Below, in pieces: positions 25,601 to 35,206 of a stretch of DNA of 64,000 nt. Every line of letters starts with the position of its first letter. Position 1 is the stretch's first letter. The stretch comes from Candidatus Nealsonbacteria bacterium. GTDB lineage: Bacteria > Patescibacteriota > Minisyncoccia > Minisyncoccales > JBGOYX01. Where the stretch lies: positions 567-64,566 of the forward strand of contig CAWFZW010000003.1 of the NCBI GenBank assembly GCA_963820485.1, given 5' to 3'. Under the pieces are notes generated by a model. It ran no database searches and was not told where the DNA came from. It worked only from the letters and a program-made list of their open reading frames with translations. Made by a program: the position numbers and the translations under genes.

Positions 25601-26173
25601 TTATTTGGGTTCTTCGTTTAATCTGCTGGCTGTGGAGTTGTTTTGACCCGCATATTTATGATCTTTGTGTTTTAAATAAGGAATTTCAGCCGGAGAAGAA
25701 AGCGTCTCAAAAGTCAAAGCGCAAACTCTCATTCCTTCATATAAAATAATCGGCATAATACCAAGATTGCCCAATTCCATCACTGCTTTTCCTTTCCAGC
25801 CAGGATCAAATCTCGCGGCCGTTGAATGTACCACCAAACCCAATCTCCCCAAAGAACTTCTGCCATCAAGCCGAGCCATTATATCATCAGGTAAAATAAA
25901 TTCTTCTTTAGTGACTGCGATAACAAATTCTTTGGGTTGAAGAATAAAAGGCGCTCCCTCATCTACAATAACTTCTTCCATCACTTCCTCAAAACTTGTT
26001 TTTCTTTTCAAATCCAAATAAGGGTATTGGGTGGGTCTAAAAGTTTTAAAATTATTGCCAAGTCTTAAATCCAAAGAACAAGGACCTAATTGTTCATCAA
26101 AATTTGGTTCGGGGAAAATTAAAATTTTCCTTTCCTGTAAGTACTTCTTAATGTCTCTGTCTGAAAGTATCAT
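25601..26173 (-). CDS. dcd: dCTP deaminase
   Basis: ARLDGRSSLGRLGLVVHSTAARFDPGWKG. Confidence 0.85.
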   Translation of the reverse strand: MILSDRDIKKYLQERKILIFPEPNFDEQLGPCSLDLRLGNNFKTFRPTQYPYLDLKRKTSFEEVMEEVIVDEGAPFILQPKEFVIAVTKEEFILPDDIMARLDGRSSLGRLGLVVHSTAARFDPGWKGKAVMELGNLGIMPIILYEGMRVCALTFETLSSPAEIPYLKHKDHKYAGQNNSTASRLNEEPK

Positions 26174-26183
26174 ACTTTAATTT

Positions 26184-26215
26184 ATTATAGCAAACTTTAC
26201 TTTGATATATCAAAG
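26184..26215 (-). promoter_or_regulatory. dcd promoter (TTGATA-18-TATAAT) overlapped by the perfect 16-nt palindrome CTTTGATATATCAAAG
   Basis: Palindrome at 26200-26215. -10 at 26184-26189. Confidence 0.45.
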
Positions 26216-26232
26216 TTTCACTTTGCTATACC

Positions 26233-26655
26233 TTATTCAATTTCAATTCCCATTTGTTTAGCTGTACCCATAATTATTCTTTCTGCTGCTTCAATATTGT
26301 CGCAGTTTAAATCCACCATTTTTTGCTCGGCAATTTTTCTCAATTCCGCTTTAGTGATTTTACCAACTTTGGTCTTTTGCGGCTCGCCAGAACCTTTTTC
26401 AATTGCAGCTGCTTTTTTTAATAATTCAGAAGCTGGGGGTTGCTTTACTATAAAATCATAAGTTCTATCTTCGTAAACCGTAATCTCAACTGGCAAAGTC
26501 CAACCTGTTTGACTCTTTGTTGCCTCATTAAATTTTTGGCAAAAATCCATAATATTTAAACTATGTTGAGCCAAAGATGGGCCGATTGGTGGAGCGGGAG
26601 TTGCTTGACCGGCTGGAACTTGAAGTTTCACAATTGCTTTAATTTTCTTTGCCAT
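26233..26655 (-). CDS. rplK: 50S ribosomal protein L11
   Basis: [19 protein letters not shown]. Confidence 0.9.
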   Translation of the reverse strand: MAKKIKAIVKLQVPAGQATPAPPIGPSLAQHSLNIMDFCQKFNEATKSQTGWTLPVEITVYEDRTYDFIVKQPPASELLKKAAAIEKGSGEPQKTKVGKITKAELRKIAEQKMVDLNCDNIEAAERIIMGTAKQMGIEIE

Positions 26656-26756
26656 ACGAGAATTTGTTATAATTAATTATAATTAATTCGAGCACCCCGC
26701 CCTCTAAGCTTGATAAATTATAACGCGTGTATAGAGGGCGGGGTTTTCGTTTTTAC

Positions 26757-27518
26757 TTAAACTTTTTTAATTTGTAACGAATCTAATTCTACAGGAGTAT
26801 CTCGACCGAAAATATTGACCAAAACTTTTACTTTTCCCTTCTCTTCGTCAATTTCAGAAATTTTTCCGTCAAAATCTTTAAAGGGACCATCGGTAATTTT
26901 CACCAAATCCCCTATTTTAGCCTCAATCTTATATTGAGGCTCTTCTACTCCCATTCTTTTTTTCAAATTTTCAATCTCTTCTTTTGAAACCGGAACTGGG
27001 GTCGTGCCGGCTCCAACAAAACCGGTAACATTTGGAGTATTTCTAACCACATACCAAGAATCATCTGTGACAACCATTTCCACTAAAACATATCCCGGAT
27101 AAATTTTTTCTTCGATTACTTTTCTTTTTCCATCTTTTATTTTAATCTTTTTTTCCTTTGGGACAATAACATTAAAGATTTTATCTTCCATACCCAATGA
27201 TTCAATGCGCTGTCGCAAATTATTCGCTACAGCGTCTTCATAACCAGAATAAGTGTGAATGACATACCAGTTTTTTTCTTGGGTGAAGTTCTTGTTTTCG
27301 GCATACTTATTATTTATTAGTAAAAATTTTTCGTTTAATATTCTTGTAAATGCAAAATCTAAAGAACCTAAAAACATGGCAATAGCTACTGAGATACCAA
27401 GAATAATTAAAGTATACCTTATCGTTTCTTGTCTGGTTGGCCAATTAACTTTTTTCATCTCTAATCTAACTTCTTTTAAAAAAGTGATAATTTTAAATGG
27501 TATATTTTTAAAATTCAT
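26757..27518 (-). CDS. nusG: SecE-NusG in one reading frame as assembled (either a real fusion or an indel artefact)
   Basis: Residues 1-60 resemble SecE (KEVRLEMKKVNWPTRQE plus a TM). From KNWYVIHTYSGYE onward it is NusG, with NGN and KOW domains. Confidence 0.7.
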   Translation of the reverse strand: MNFKNIPFKIITFLKEVRLEMKKVNWPTRQETIRYTLIILGISVAIAMFLGSLDFAFTRILNEKFLLINNKYAENKNFTQEKNWYVIHTYSGYEDAVANNLRQRIESLGMEDKIFNVIVPKEKKIKIKDGKRKVIEEKIYPGYVLVEMVVTDDSWYVVRNTPNVTGFVGAGTTPVPVSKEEIENLKKRMGVEEPQYKIEAKIGDLVKITDGPFKDFDGKISEIDEEKGKVKVLVNIFGRDTPVELDSLQIKKV

Positions 27519-27630
27519 ATGTATTTAAAATTATCAGGGTCCCACCGAAGATGGGAATCATAATTTTGGTAAAAAATTTCATATTTTGATATTGATGATT
27601 TAAAAAACGGCCTGACGGCCTTCGGTTTTT

Positions 27631-27686
27631 ATATTACCCGAAGGAAATTAGATGTCAACCCTTCACCTTTAATTAAAGGTGAAGGG
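27631..27686 (-). promoter_or_regulatory. promoter TTGACA-16-TAATAT abutted by hairpin CCCTTCACCTTT/AAAGGTGAAGGG
   Basis: -35 at 27653-27658 and -10 at 27631-27636. The hairpin is nearly identical to the one at 2801-2828. Confidence 0.55.
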
Positions 27687-27695
27687 TAAGATTTT

Positions 27696-29634
27696 TTAAA
27701 TATCTAAATTCTTTACTTTTTTAGCGTGGGTTTGGATAAATTTCTTTCTTGGCAAGACTTCATCTCCCATCAGAATATCAAAAATTTTATCTGCCTCTCT
27801 GGCATTTTCAATATTCACTTGAAGTAATACCCTATTTTCTGGACTAATGGTTGTTTCCCACAATTCTATAGGATTCATTTCTCCCAAACCCTTATAGCGT
27901 TGGATATTTATTTCCGAAGATCTTTCTTTTTTGAAAGAATCTACAACTTCGGCTTTATCTCCTTCGGTATAGGCATATTCAATTCTTTTTCCGGCCTGAA
28001 TTTTGTAAAGCGGAGGCTGAGCAATATATAAATATCCTCCTTCAATAATGGGTTTAAAATAGCGATAAAAAAGCGTTAAAATTAAAGTTCGGATATGATT
28101 TCCATCTGAATCCGCATCAGCCATTATAATAATTTTATGATATCTTAATTTATCCAAATTAAAATCTTCAGCAATAGCAGTGCCCAAAGCAATAATTAGA
28201 GATTTAATTTCTTTTGAGGATAAAATTTTATCAAGTCTCGCTCGCTCAACATTTAAAATTTTACCTCTTAATGGCAAAATGGCCTGAAACTTTCTGTCTC
28301 TCGCTCCTTTGCAAGAACCGCCGGCTGACTCACCTTCAACGATGAATAATTCCGATTCTTCGGGGTTCCTGGAAGAGCAATCAGCTAATTTCCCCGGCAA
28401 AGCCAATCCTTCCAAAATCCCTTTTCTTAAAACTGTTTCTTTCGCTGCTTTAGCTGCTTTTCTGGCTTTCTGGGAAAGAACGCATTTTTCAATAACAGCT
28501 CTGGCATCCTGGGGATTTCTTTCCAAAAAATCGGTTAAGGTTTCGGAAATTACTGTTTCAACCGCTGATTTCGCTTCCGGATTTCCTAATTTTGCTTTGG
28601 TTTGTCCTTCAAATTGAGGCTCTTTTATTTTTACAGATACTACCCCAGTTAGCCCTTCCCTAATATCTTCTCCAGTTAAGTTTTCATCATTTTCTTTTAA
28701 AAACCCGTTTTTTCTGGCATAATCATTAAAGGTTTTTGTCAAAGCTGTTCTGAAACCGGTCAGATGAGTGCCTCCTTCTTGGGTATTTATATTATTGGCG
28801 AAACTTTCTTCGAAACATTCGTATTCTTCAGTATATTGAAAAGCGCCTTCAACTAAAATTCCATTTTTTTCGCCAAATCCATAAAAAATATTTTGATGTC
28901 GTGGGGTAACGCCCCGAGTTAAATATTTAACATATGAAGCTAATCCCCCCTCAAAATAGAAACTGTAGCTTTTTGTTGGATTTCTCTCTTTCATCAATGA
29001 GGGTTATTCTAATTTCTTTAGTCAAATAAGCCTGTTGTCTAAGGTGATTTAATATTTTTTTAAAATCAAATTTAATCTCTTCAAAAATTTCAGTGTCGGG
29101 CTCAAAAATAACCGTAGTGCCGCTGCTTTTGCATTTGCCTATTTTTTTTACTTTATTTTTCGCTTTTCCTTTGGAATATTCTTGATAAAATTTTTCTCCC
29201 TTACGGCAAACTTCGGTTCTCATCCAAGAAGATAAAGCACAAACCACCGAAACTCCTACGCCGTGTAAACCCCCTGCCACCTGATAGGCCTTCCCGCCGA
29301 ATTTCGCTCCGGCATGCAAAGTGGTCATTACTGTTTCCAAAGCTGATTTTTTTGTCTGAGGGTGTTTGTCAACCGGAATGCCGCGACCGTCATCCGTAGT
29401 TTTTACTTTGTTCCCCGGTAAAAGAATAAGTTCAATATTTTTACAAAAACCGGCCATTGCTTCATCTAATGAATTATCAACGCATTCCCAAACCAAGTGG
29501 TGTAAACCTTCAGAACCAGTAGACCCTATATACATTCCCGGCCTCTTTCTGACGGGTTCCAACCCCTCCAAAACATAAATATCTTTAGCTGTATAAGATT
29601 CTTCAGCTTTAACTTTTTTAGATTTTTTTGGCAT
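27696..29634 (-). pseudogene. gyrB: DNA gyrase subunit B, one +1 frameshift
   Basis: GHKL motif HHLVWECVDNSLDEA and TOPRIM motif LFIVEGESAGGS. Fragments join near 28978-28990 (..LIDERE|NPTKSYSFYFEGG..). Confidence 0.85.
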
Positions 29635-29650
29635 ATTATTAAATTATTTA

Positions 29651-29684
29651 TCCAAGGTTCTTGAGCGAAGCGAGAGGTTTTTAT
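29651..29684 (-). repeat. Family-A element, copy A2 (degenerate)
   Basis: TCCAAGGTTCTTGAGCGAAGCGAGAGGTTTTTAT. Confidence 0.6.
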
Positions 29685-29691
29685 ATTTATA

Positions 29692-29719
29692 TTCAAGGTT
29701 CTCGCCGAGAGGTTCTTAT
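29692..29719 (-). repeat. Family-A element, copy A3; supplies the pheT stop codon
   Basis: TTCAAGGTTCTCGCCGAGAGGTTCTTAT. The TAA at 29716-29718 is the pheT stop. Confidence 0.7.
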
Positions 29720-31806
29720 TTTCTCACTTGCCACTCTGGGATTTTTTCCAGAGTTTTAATTATTTTGTTTTGAATTTCGTCTATTTCTTCAGAAGACAAG
29801 GTTTTATCTTCGGCTTGATAAATTATGTGAAAAGCTAAATTCTTTTTTCCCTCGGGCAACTCTTCACCCTCATAAATATCAAAAAGGTCAATATCGCGAA
29901 TGATTTTGCCGCCAATCCTCTTAATTTTATTTAAAACTTCCTCTACTTTCACAAATTGGGGCACCAAAACAGCAATATCTCTGACTGCTGCCGGATACCG
30001 AGAAATTGGCTGATATTCATGTTCTTCCGAGGCTAATTTTGTTAATTTTTCAAAAAAGAGCTCAAAATAGATTATTTTTGATTTTATCTGAAATTTATCC
30101 AAAATATGGGGAGAAATTTCTCCTAAAAATCCTATTCTTTCTTGATTAATTTTTATTTCCGCTATTTTTTTTGCCTTCCACCAGAAAATTTCTTTTTCTT
30201 TGTTTTTGGTCAAATATTCATCATACCAAACATCATTAATTCCCAATCTGTTTAAAAGTAAATCAATAACTCCTTTAGCTTGATAGAACACTTCTCCAGT
30301 CATTACGCCGGCGAGCATTCTTTCTTCTGTTTTGGGAGATTGAAAAATCTTTCCCAGCTCAAATATTTTTATTTCACCGAAATTTCTGAAATTTCTTTCA
30401 ATATTTTTCAATAAATTAGGAATTAAGCTCGGCCTTAGATATTGGAAATCGGAGCTTATTGGATTTTCTATTTCAATTAAATCTCTTTTATTTCGAGCGG
30501 AGCGAGAATCAAGGTTCTCGCCCTTTGCGAGGTTCTTATTGTATTTAAAAATTTCAGCATCTTTTTCAGAAATAAAAGAGTAATTATAAACTTCGGTAAA
30601 CCAGCTTCTTTTAAAATATTTTTTGTAATGTCTTTCCAAAAAATATCAAGGTTTCTTTTTGGCGGAATTAAAGCTTCAATCGGAAAAATAACGGGGATAT
30701 TTTGATAGCCGTAAATTCTGCTGATTTCTTCAATTAAATCTTCGGGCAGTACAACGTCTAATCTTTTAGTGGGAACCTGAACTTTTAAAATCTTTTTACC
30801 CGAAATTTTAACTTTGAAATCCAAATTTTTAAGAATTCTTATTATTTCTTTTTTTGGAATTTCTATCCCAAGTAAACTTTTAACATAATTTAAATCTAAA
30901 TTAATTTTTTTTGGCGAAAACTTTTTTAGGATAAGTATCAATTAAACCTTGGGCTATTTTACCACCGGCTATTTTCTGAATTAAATAAGCCGCTCTATTT
31001 ACGGCGAATTCGGTAAGGTTCGGCGAAATTCCGTGTTCAAACCTTAAAGAGGCATCTGTTTTTAAGTCTATCATTTTAGAACCCCGACGAATAATCTTGG
31101 GGTTAAAGTTTGCCGACTCAAGGATAATGGTTTTTGTTTTTGAATCAATTTCGGCGCTCAAACCTCCTTTTATCCCGGCAATGGCTATTGGTTTTTCGGC
31201 ATCAGCAATTACTAAAATATCATTAAACAGATTGTATCTTTCTCCGTCCAAAGTAATAATTTTTTCACCCTCTTTAGCAAATCTAACGACGATTTTCTGA
31301 CCCTCCAGCTTTCCCCCATCAAAAGCATGGAGAGGCTGACCTGTTTCCAACATTACATAATTCGCAATATCAACAATATTATTAATTGGTCTTAACCCGC
31401 AAGCTTTTAATTTATCTATTATATATTTTGGTGAAAGTCCGACTTTTACATTAACAACTACTCTGGCTGTATATCTTGGGCAGGCATTTTTATCTTTTAC
31501 TTCAATACTGACAAAATCTTTTGCTTTTAAATTTTTATCCTCTTGAATGATAAATGTCGGGTCCTGAAATTTCAAATTGGTAATAGCTGCGATTTCTCTG
31601 GCAACCCCAATGTGGGAAAAACAATCCCCGGCCCTATTCGGCCTAACATCAATATCTAAAATAAAATCTTCTCCTTCCTGTGTGGGAACAGTGGGTTTTT
31701 TTATTTCTTCTACTTCGGCAAAATGCATAGTTAAAATTTCTGCCAACTTTTCTGGCTTCAATCTTGTCTTTGATAATTCTTTTAGCCAATTATATGAGTA
31801 TTTCAC
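29716..31806 (-). pseudogene. pheT: phenylalanyl-tRNA synthetase beta subunit, two frameshifts, plus an in-frame Family-A insertion
   Basis: Three ORF-track fragments. A +1 shift lies in the A8 run at about 30905-30912 and a -1 shift at about 30598-30600. GTG start. Confidence 0.85.
30493..30539 (-). repeat. Family-A element, copy A4, inserted in frame in pheT (encodes ..NKNLAKGENLDSRSAR..)
   Basis: GAGCGGAGCGAGAATCAAGGTTCTCGCCCTTTGCGAGGTTCTTAT. Confidence 0.75.
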
Positions 31807-31937
31807 CCCGTTAGAAGTCTGTCCTTATATAATAAAATTAATTTCAGACAGCTTTCTTTTTTATTTTATATACCCCGTTCATCCTGAAGTAGAAAAGTTT
31901 TAAATAAAATTTTTCTACCGAGGACTTCTAACGGGGT
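31805..31937 (-). promoter_or_regulatory. F-family structured intergenic element between pheS and pheT
   Basis: 15-bp inverted repeat ACCCCGTTAGAAGTC/GACTTCTAACGGGGT with an internal competing ACCCCGTT copy at about 31872. Confidence 0.4.
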
Positions 31938-31944
31938 TCACGAT

Positions 31945-32959
31945 TTAAAATTGATTCAAAAATCTTAGATCCCCTGAACGAAATAATCTGATATCCCCAA
32001 TTTTATATTTCATCATCGCTAATCTGTCCAAACCAAAACCGAAAGCCCAGCCCTGCCAACCATTGCCTCTGCTATTTTGAGGCATTATGCCCGAATTCTT
32101 TAAAACGTTCGGATGAACCATTCCTGCTCCCGCTACTTCCACCCAGCCGGTTTCTTTACAAACCTGACAACCTTTACCCTCACAAACAAAACAACTCATG
32201 CTGACATCAAAAGAGGGTTCGGTAAAAGGAAAAAAGTCTGGCCTCAGCCTGATTTTTATTTCTTTACCGAAAAATCTTCTTAAAAATTCCTGAATTGTGG
32301 CTTTGAAATTGGCGACTGAAATATATTTTCCCACCATTAATCCTTCAAGCTGATAAAGTTGGAATTCATGGGAAGGATCAGTAGCTTCTTTTCTATAAAC
32401 GTTTCCAGGAACTATAATTCTCAATGGCGGATTATTTTTTTCCATATATCTGATTTGAACGGGAGAGGTATGAGTTCTTAAGTAATAATTTTTCTTTCTC
32501 GTTTTTCAACCATAAAGTGTCCCACAAATCGCGAGCCGGATGGTCTTTTGGAATATTTAAAGCATCAAAATTATACCACTCGGTTTCTATATCTGGTCCT
32601 TCAATAATTGAAAATCCCATATTTTGGAAAATTTCCTCAACCTTTCTCTTCACTTGGGTTAAAGGATGTAAATGCCCCGAAATAGGTTTCTTTCCGGGAA
32701 TAGTAATATCAAACCACTCTGCTTCTCCGGCGGATGCACCGGCGAGGCGCATCTTTTTTGATTTCATTTCTATTTTTATTTTCAAAAAATTTTTAAGCTC
32801 GTTTGCTTTTTTGCCTATTTTTGCTCTTTTTTTCTTTGGTAATTTTTCCAAAGAACGTAAAATCTGGGTAAGCTTTCCTTTCTTCCCTAAATATTGGTTA
32901 AAAACGTCGTTCAATTCTTTTGAATCTTTAGCTTTTTCTATTTCCTTTTTTGCCCGCAT
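31945..32959 (-). pseudogene. pheS: phenylalanyl-tRNA synthetase alpha subunit, one +1 frameshift
   Basis: ..LLL|RTHTSPVQIRYMEKNNPPL.. restored across about 32478-32481. FPFTEPS and GWAFGFGLDRLAMM motifs. Start assigned to MRAKKEIEK. Confidence 0.85.
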
Positions 32960-32968
32960 TCTCACAGA

Positions 32969-33000
32969 ATCAAGGTTCTTGCCGAAGGTAAGGTTCTTAT
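32969..33000 (-). repeat. Family-A element, copy A5, just upstream of the pheS start
   Basis: ATCAAGGTTCTTGCCGAAGGTAAGGTTCTTAT. Confidence 0.75.
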
Positions 33001-33137
33001 TTTTGAGCAAATTTAGGTTAACTTTGACTACCTTCATTCTTTAATTTTACCTTAAAATTAAGCAAAAATCAAGTCAAAAACTGGGGATAACTTAAGGAGC
33101 GTAGCGACGAAACCCGCCCTACAAAGTGGGGTGAGGG

Positions 33138-33175
33138 AAATAAAAAATCGCTGGAATCTTGCTGACCCCAGCGAT
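33138..33175 (-). terminator. Rho-independent terminator after the PRTase gene
   Basis: ATCGCTGG-13 nt-CCAGCGAT followed by TTTTTATTT on the minus strand. Confidence 0.7.
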
Positions 33176-33192
33176 CATATTAGAATCGTATT

Positions 33193-33954
33193 TCACGCGC
33201 GTTGAGAGGTGGTAATTAGATGCCAGTTCTCATCCGTTGCCTTAGGCTTGATTGGCGTTGAACCTTTTTGACAAAGCGGACATTCTTCCGGTTTCCAGTC
33301 ATTAATCCGGTGTTCAGCAACCGCTACAATCTGGAACGGCCTTTCAACTCCCTCTACTTTTATTTCCTTAAGGCCTCCTCTATTGAGGATAACTCCTTCA
33401 ATGGGCAAGAATCTTGCATCTGGCTGTTTTGATAAAATATCTGAAACAGCCTCTATAAAACCGGTGCCCCTTGTGCAAAAATCCTCAATCCCCAACAGAG
33501 TCTCTTTGGGTCCGATTTGGCTCTCCAGAATTATCTTACCGTCCACTTTTTTCATCTCGGCATTTTTCACGCCCATTATTCCAGCCACATCCTTGCCAAG
33601 TTCGGTTGCTCCGTCAGGAATACCAGCCACACAATCGGGCTTAAAGAAATTTCCCAATCGCTTGAACCTGAACACAAGCTGATCAGCAAATATCAATCTT
33701 ATGTTCCAATGTTCCAAAAGAATTCTGGAAATGAAGAATCCGTCGCTGTGAAGTTCTGACTTAAGGATAGCATGCATCCCCACTCTGCCTTTCTCAGCGG
33801 CTTTATAATTGTATTGCCAAAAAGCACCAAGAACAGTTGCTATGTAAACAACCTCTTCTTCTGCCAGTAATCTATGAGGATTATCAGGCCTAGTAAGACT
33901 ATCCGGACTAAGCCCTAACAACTCGTCTTTACTCATTCCCATTATTCTAAGCAT
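33193..33954 (-). CDS. phosphoribosyltransferase, orotate-PRTase-like
   Basis: PRPP-binding motif LLGIEDFCTRGTGF. Adjacent to pyrF. Strong SD AAGGAGGTGAAAAATG. Confidence 0.55.
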   Translation of the reverse strand: MLRIMGMSKDELLGLSPDSLTRPDNPHRLLAEEEVVYIATVLGAFWQYNYKAAEKGRVGMHAILKSELHSDGFFISRILLEHWNIRLIFADQLVFRFKRLGNFFKPDCVAGIPDGATELGKDVAGIMGVKNAEMKKVDGKIILESQIGPKETLLGIEDFCTRGTGFIEAVSDILSKQPDARFLPIEGVILNRGGLKEIKVEGVERPFQIVAVAEHRINDWKPEECPLCQKGSTPIKPKATDENWHLITTSQRA

Positions 33955-33965
33955 TTTTCACCTCC

Positions 33966-34751
33966 TTACATTGCTGCGGTAATTTCTTCAGCGATCTTTT
34001 TGGCTGCCTCTACCGGGCCACCGATTTCGGCTGGTGGCTGAGTGATTGGTCGGCCGATAACTAAATAATTCGCACCAGCTTTAATAGCTTCGCCAGGTGT
34101 CATCACTCTTTTTTGATCGCCGGTTGCGGCCCAAAGAGGCCGTACACCCGGGGTTACTACCAAGAAATTTGGCTCCGTATAACTCCGGATGACTTGAATC
34201 TCCTGGGGCGATGCGATTACACCGTCGAGCTTAGCGTCCTGGGCAAGCCAAGCCAATTGATGACCAACCAGTCTCTCGATTCGCTTCCGCTTTATCTCCG
34301 CTAATTCTTTCGGATCGGAGATGTTGAGATCCTCGTAGATTCCCAGCAGGACCAAATCGTTGTAATTGAGACTGGTGAGCAATGTTACTCCCAATATAAT
34401 AGGAGATTTTTTGCCTAGCGTCTTAGCGGTTTCGTCAGCTGCTTTTCGGGCGGCCTTCATCATTTCTAGCCCTCCGAAGCAATGGACATTGAACATATCA
34501 ACGCCCAGCTTGGTTACTGCGCTGGAAGCGCCGGCAACAGTATTGGGGATGTCCTTGAACTTCCCATCAAAAAAAATCTTTCCACCAGCTTCCTGGAGAT
34601 CCTTGACGACTGCCGGAGCTCCTACGCTTGTCAGAAGCTCAAGGCCGGCCTTAAAGTAGCCAACGTACGGAGAGAGAAGCTCCACCAAAGTCCTTGCTTT
34701 TTCCCGGCTGTCCACGTCTAGTGCCACAATGATTCGTTCTTTTGCCAACAT
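33966..34751 (-). CDS. pyrF: orotidine-5'-phosphate decarboxylase
   Basis: IVALDV..., FFDGKFKDIPNTV, VVTPGVR, DQKRVMTPGEAIKAGANYLVIGRPI. Confidence 0.85.
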   Translation of the reverse strand: MLAKERIIVALDVDSREKARTLVELLSPYVGYFKAGLELLTSVGAPAVVKDLQEAGGKIFFDGKFKDIPNTVAGASSAVTKLGVDMFNVHCFGGLEMMKAARKAADETAKTLGKKSPIILGVTLLTSLNYNDLVLLGIYEDLNISDPKELAEIKRKRIERLVGHQLAWLAQDAKLDGVIASPQEIQVIRSYTEPNFLVVTPGVRPLWAATGDQKRVMTPGEAIKAGANYLVIGRPITQPPAEIGGPVEAAKKIAEEITAAM

Positions 34752-34806
34752 TTTCCTTGTTTTCCTCCTTTTCAGTTTTTTGTTTTGCCTTTCTGTTAGT
34801 TGTTGT

Positions 34807-35019
34807 TTACTTTTTACCTGTTTTCACCTCCTTTTTCTTCCGACGCCAAATCACCTGTGTGTTCGGCGCAAATGATTTTTTGGGAGAACGATGAGTAATA
34901 AAGTGTTTTTCACCTTTAATCTCCACTACTTTCCCTTTTAGCCTTCTTAATTCCCCGCTATTCCTTAAACAAATAGTCAGCGTGTATTTTCCCGTCGAAA
35001 GATCCTTTACTACTTTCAT
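34807..35019 (-). CDS. hypothetical basic protein, 70 aa
   Basis: ORF preceded by GAAGGAGAAAATG. Confidence 0.4.
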   Translation of the reverse strand: MKVVKDLSTGKYTLTICLRNSGELRRLKGKVVEIKGEKHFITHRSPKKSFAPNTQVIWRRKKKEVKTGKK

Positions 35020-35206
35020 TTTCTCCTTCTTCTTTTTTACTTTATCAGGATATTTTCCATGTTCAATTGTTAAAAAAACTACGTCACTTTCGCCTCCTTT
35101 TTATCTTATTCAATAAGACAAATAGTAAAGAAGGGAATTAACCCTCCTCTGATTTCTTTTCTATCAAATACAAAAACTTTGTCAAGAAAAATAAATAAGG
35201 GCATCT

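Noticed and set aside
26688-26743. 12-bp hairpin CCCCGCCCTCTA..TAGAGGGCGGGG after nusG, considered as an L11/L1 operon leader or as the nusG terminator
   Set aside because: The U-tract is on the wrong (plus) strand for a nusG terminator. I cannot match it to the L1-binding leader consensus. I leave it as an unassigned hairpin.
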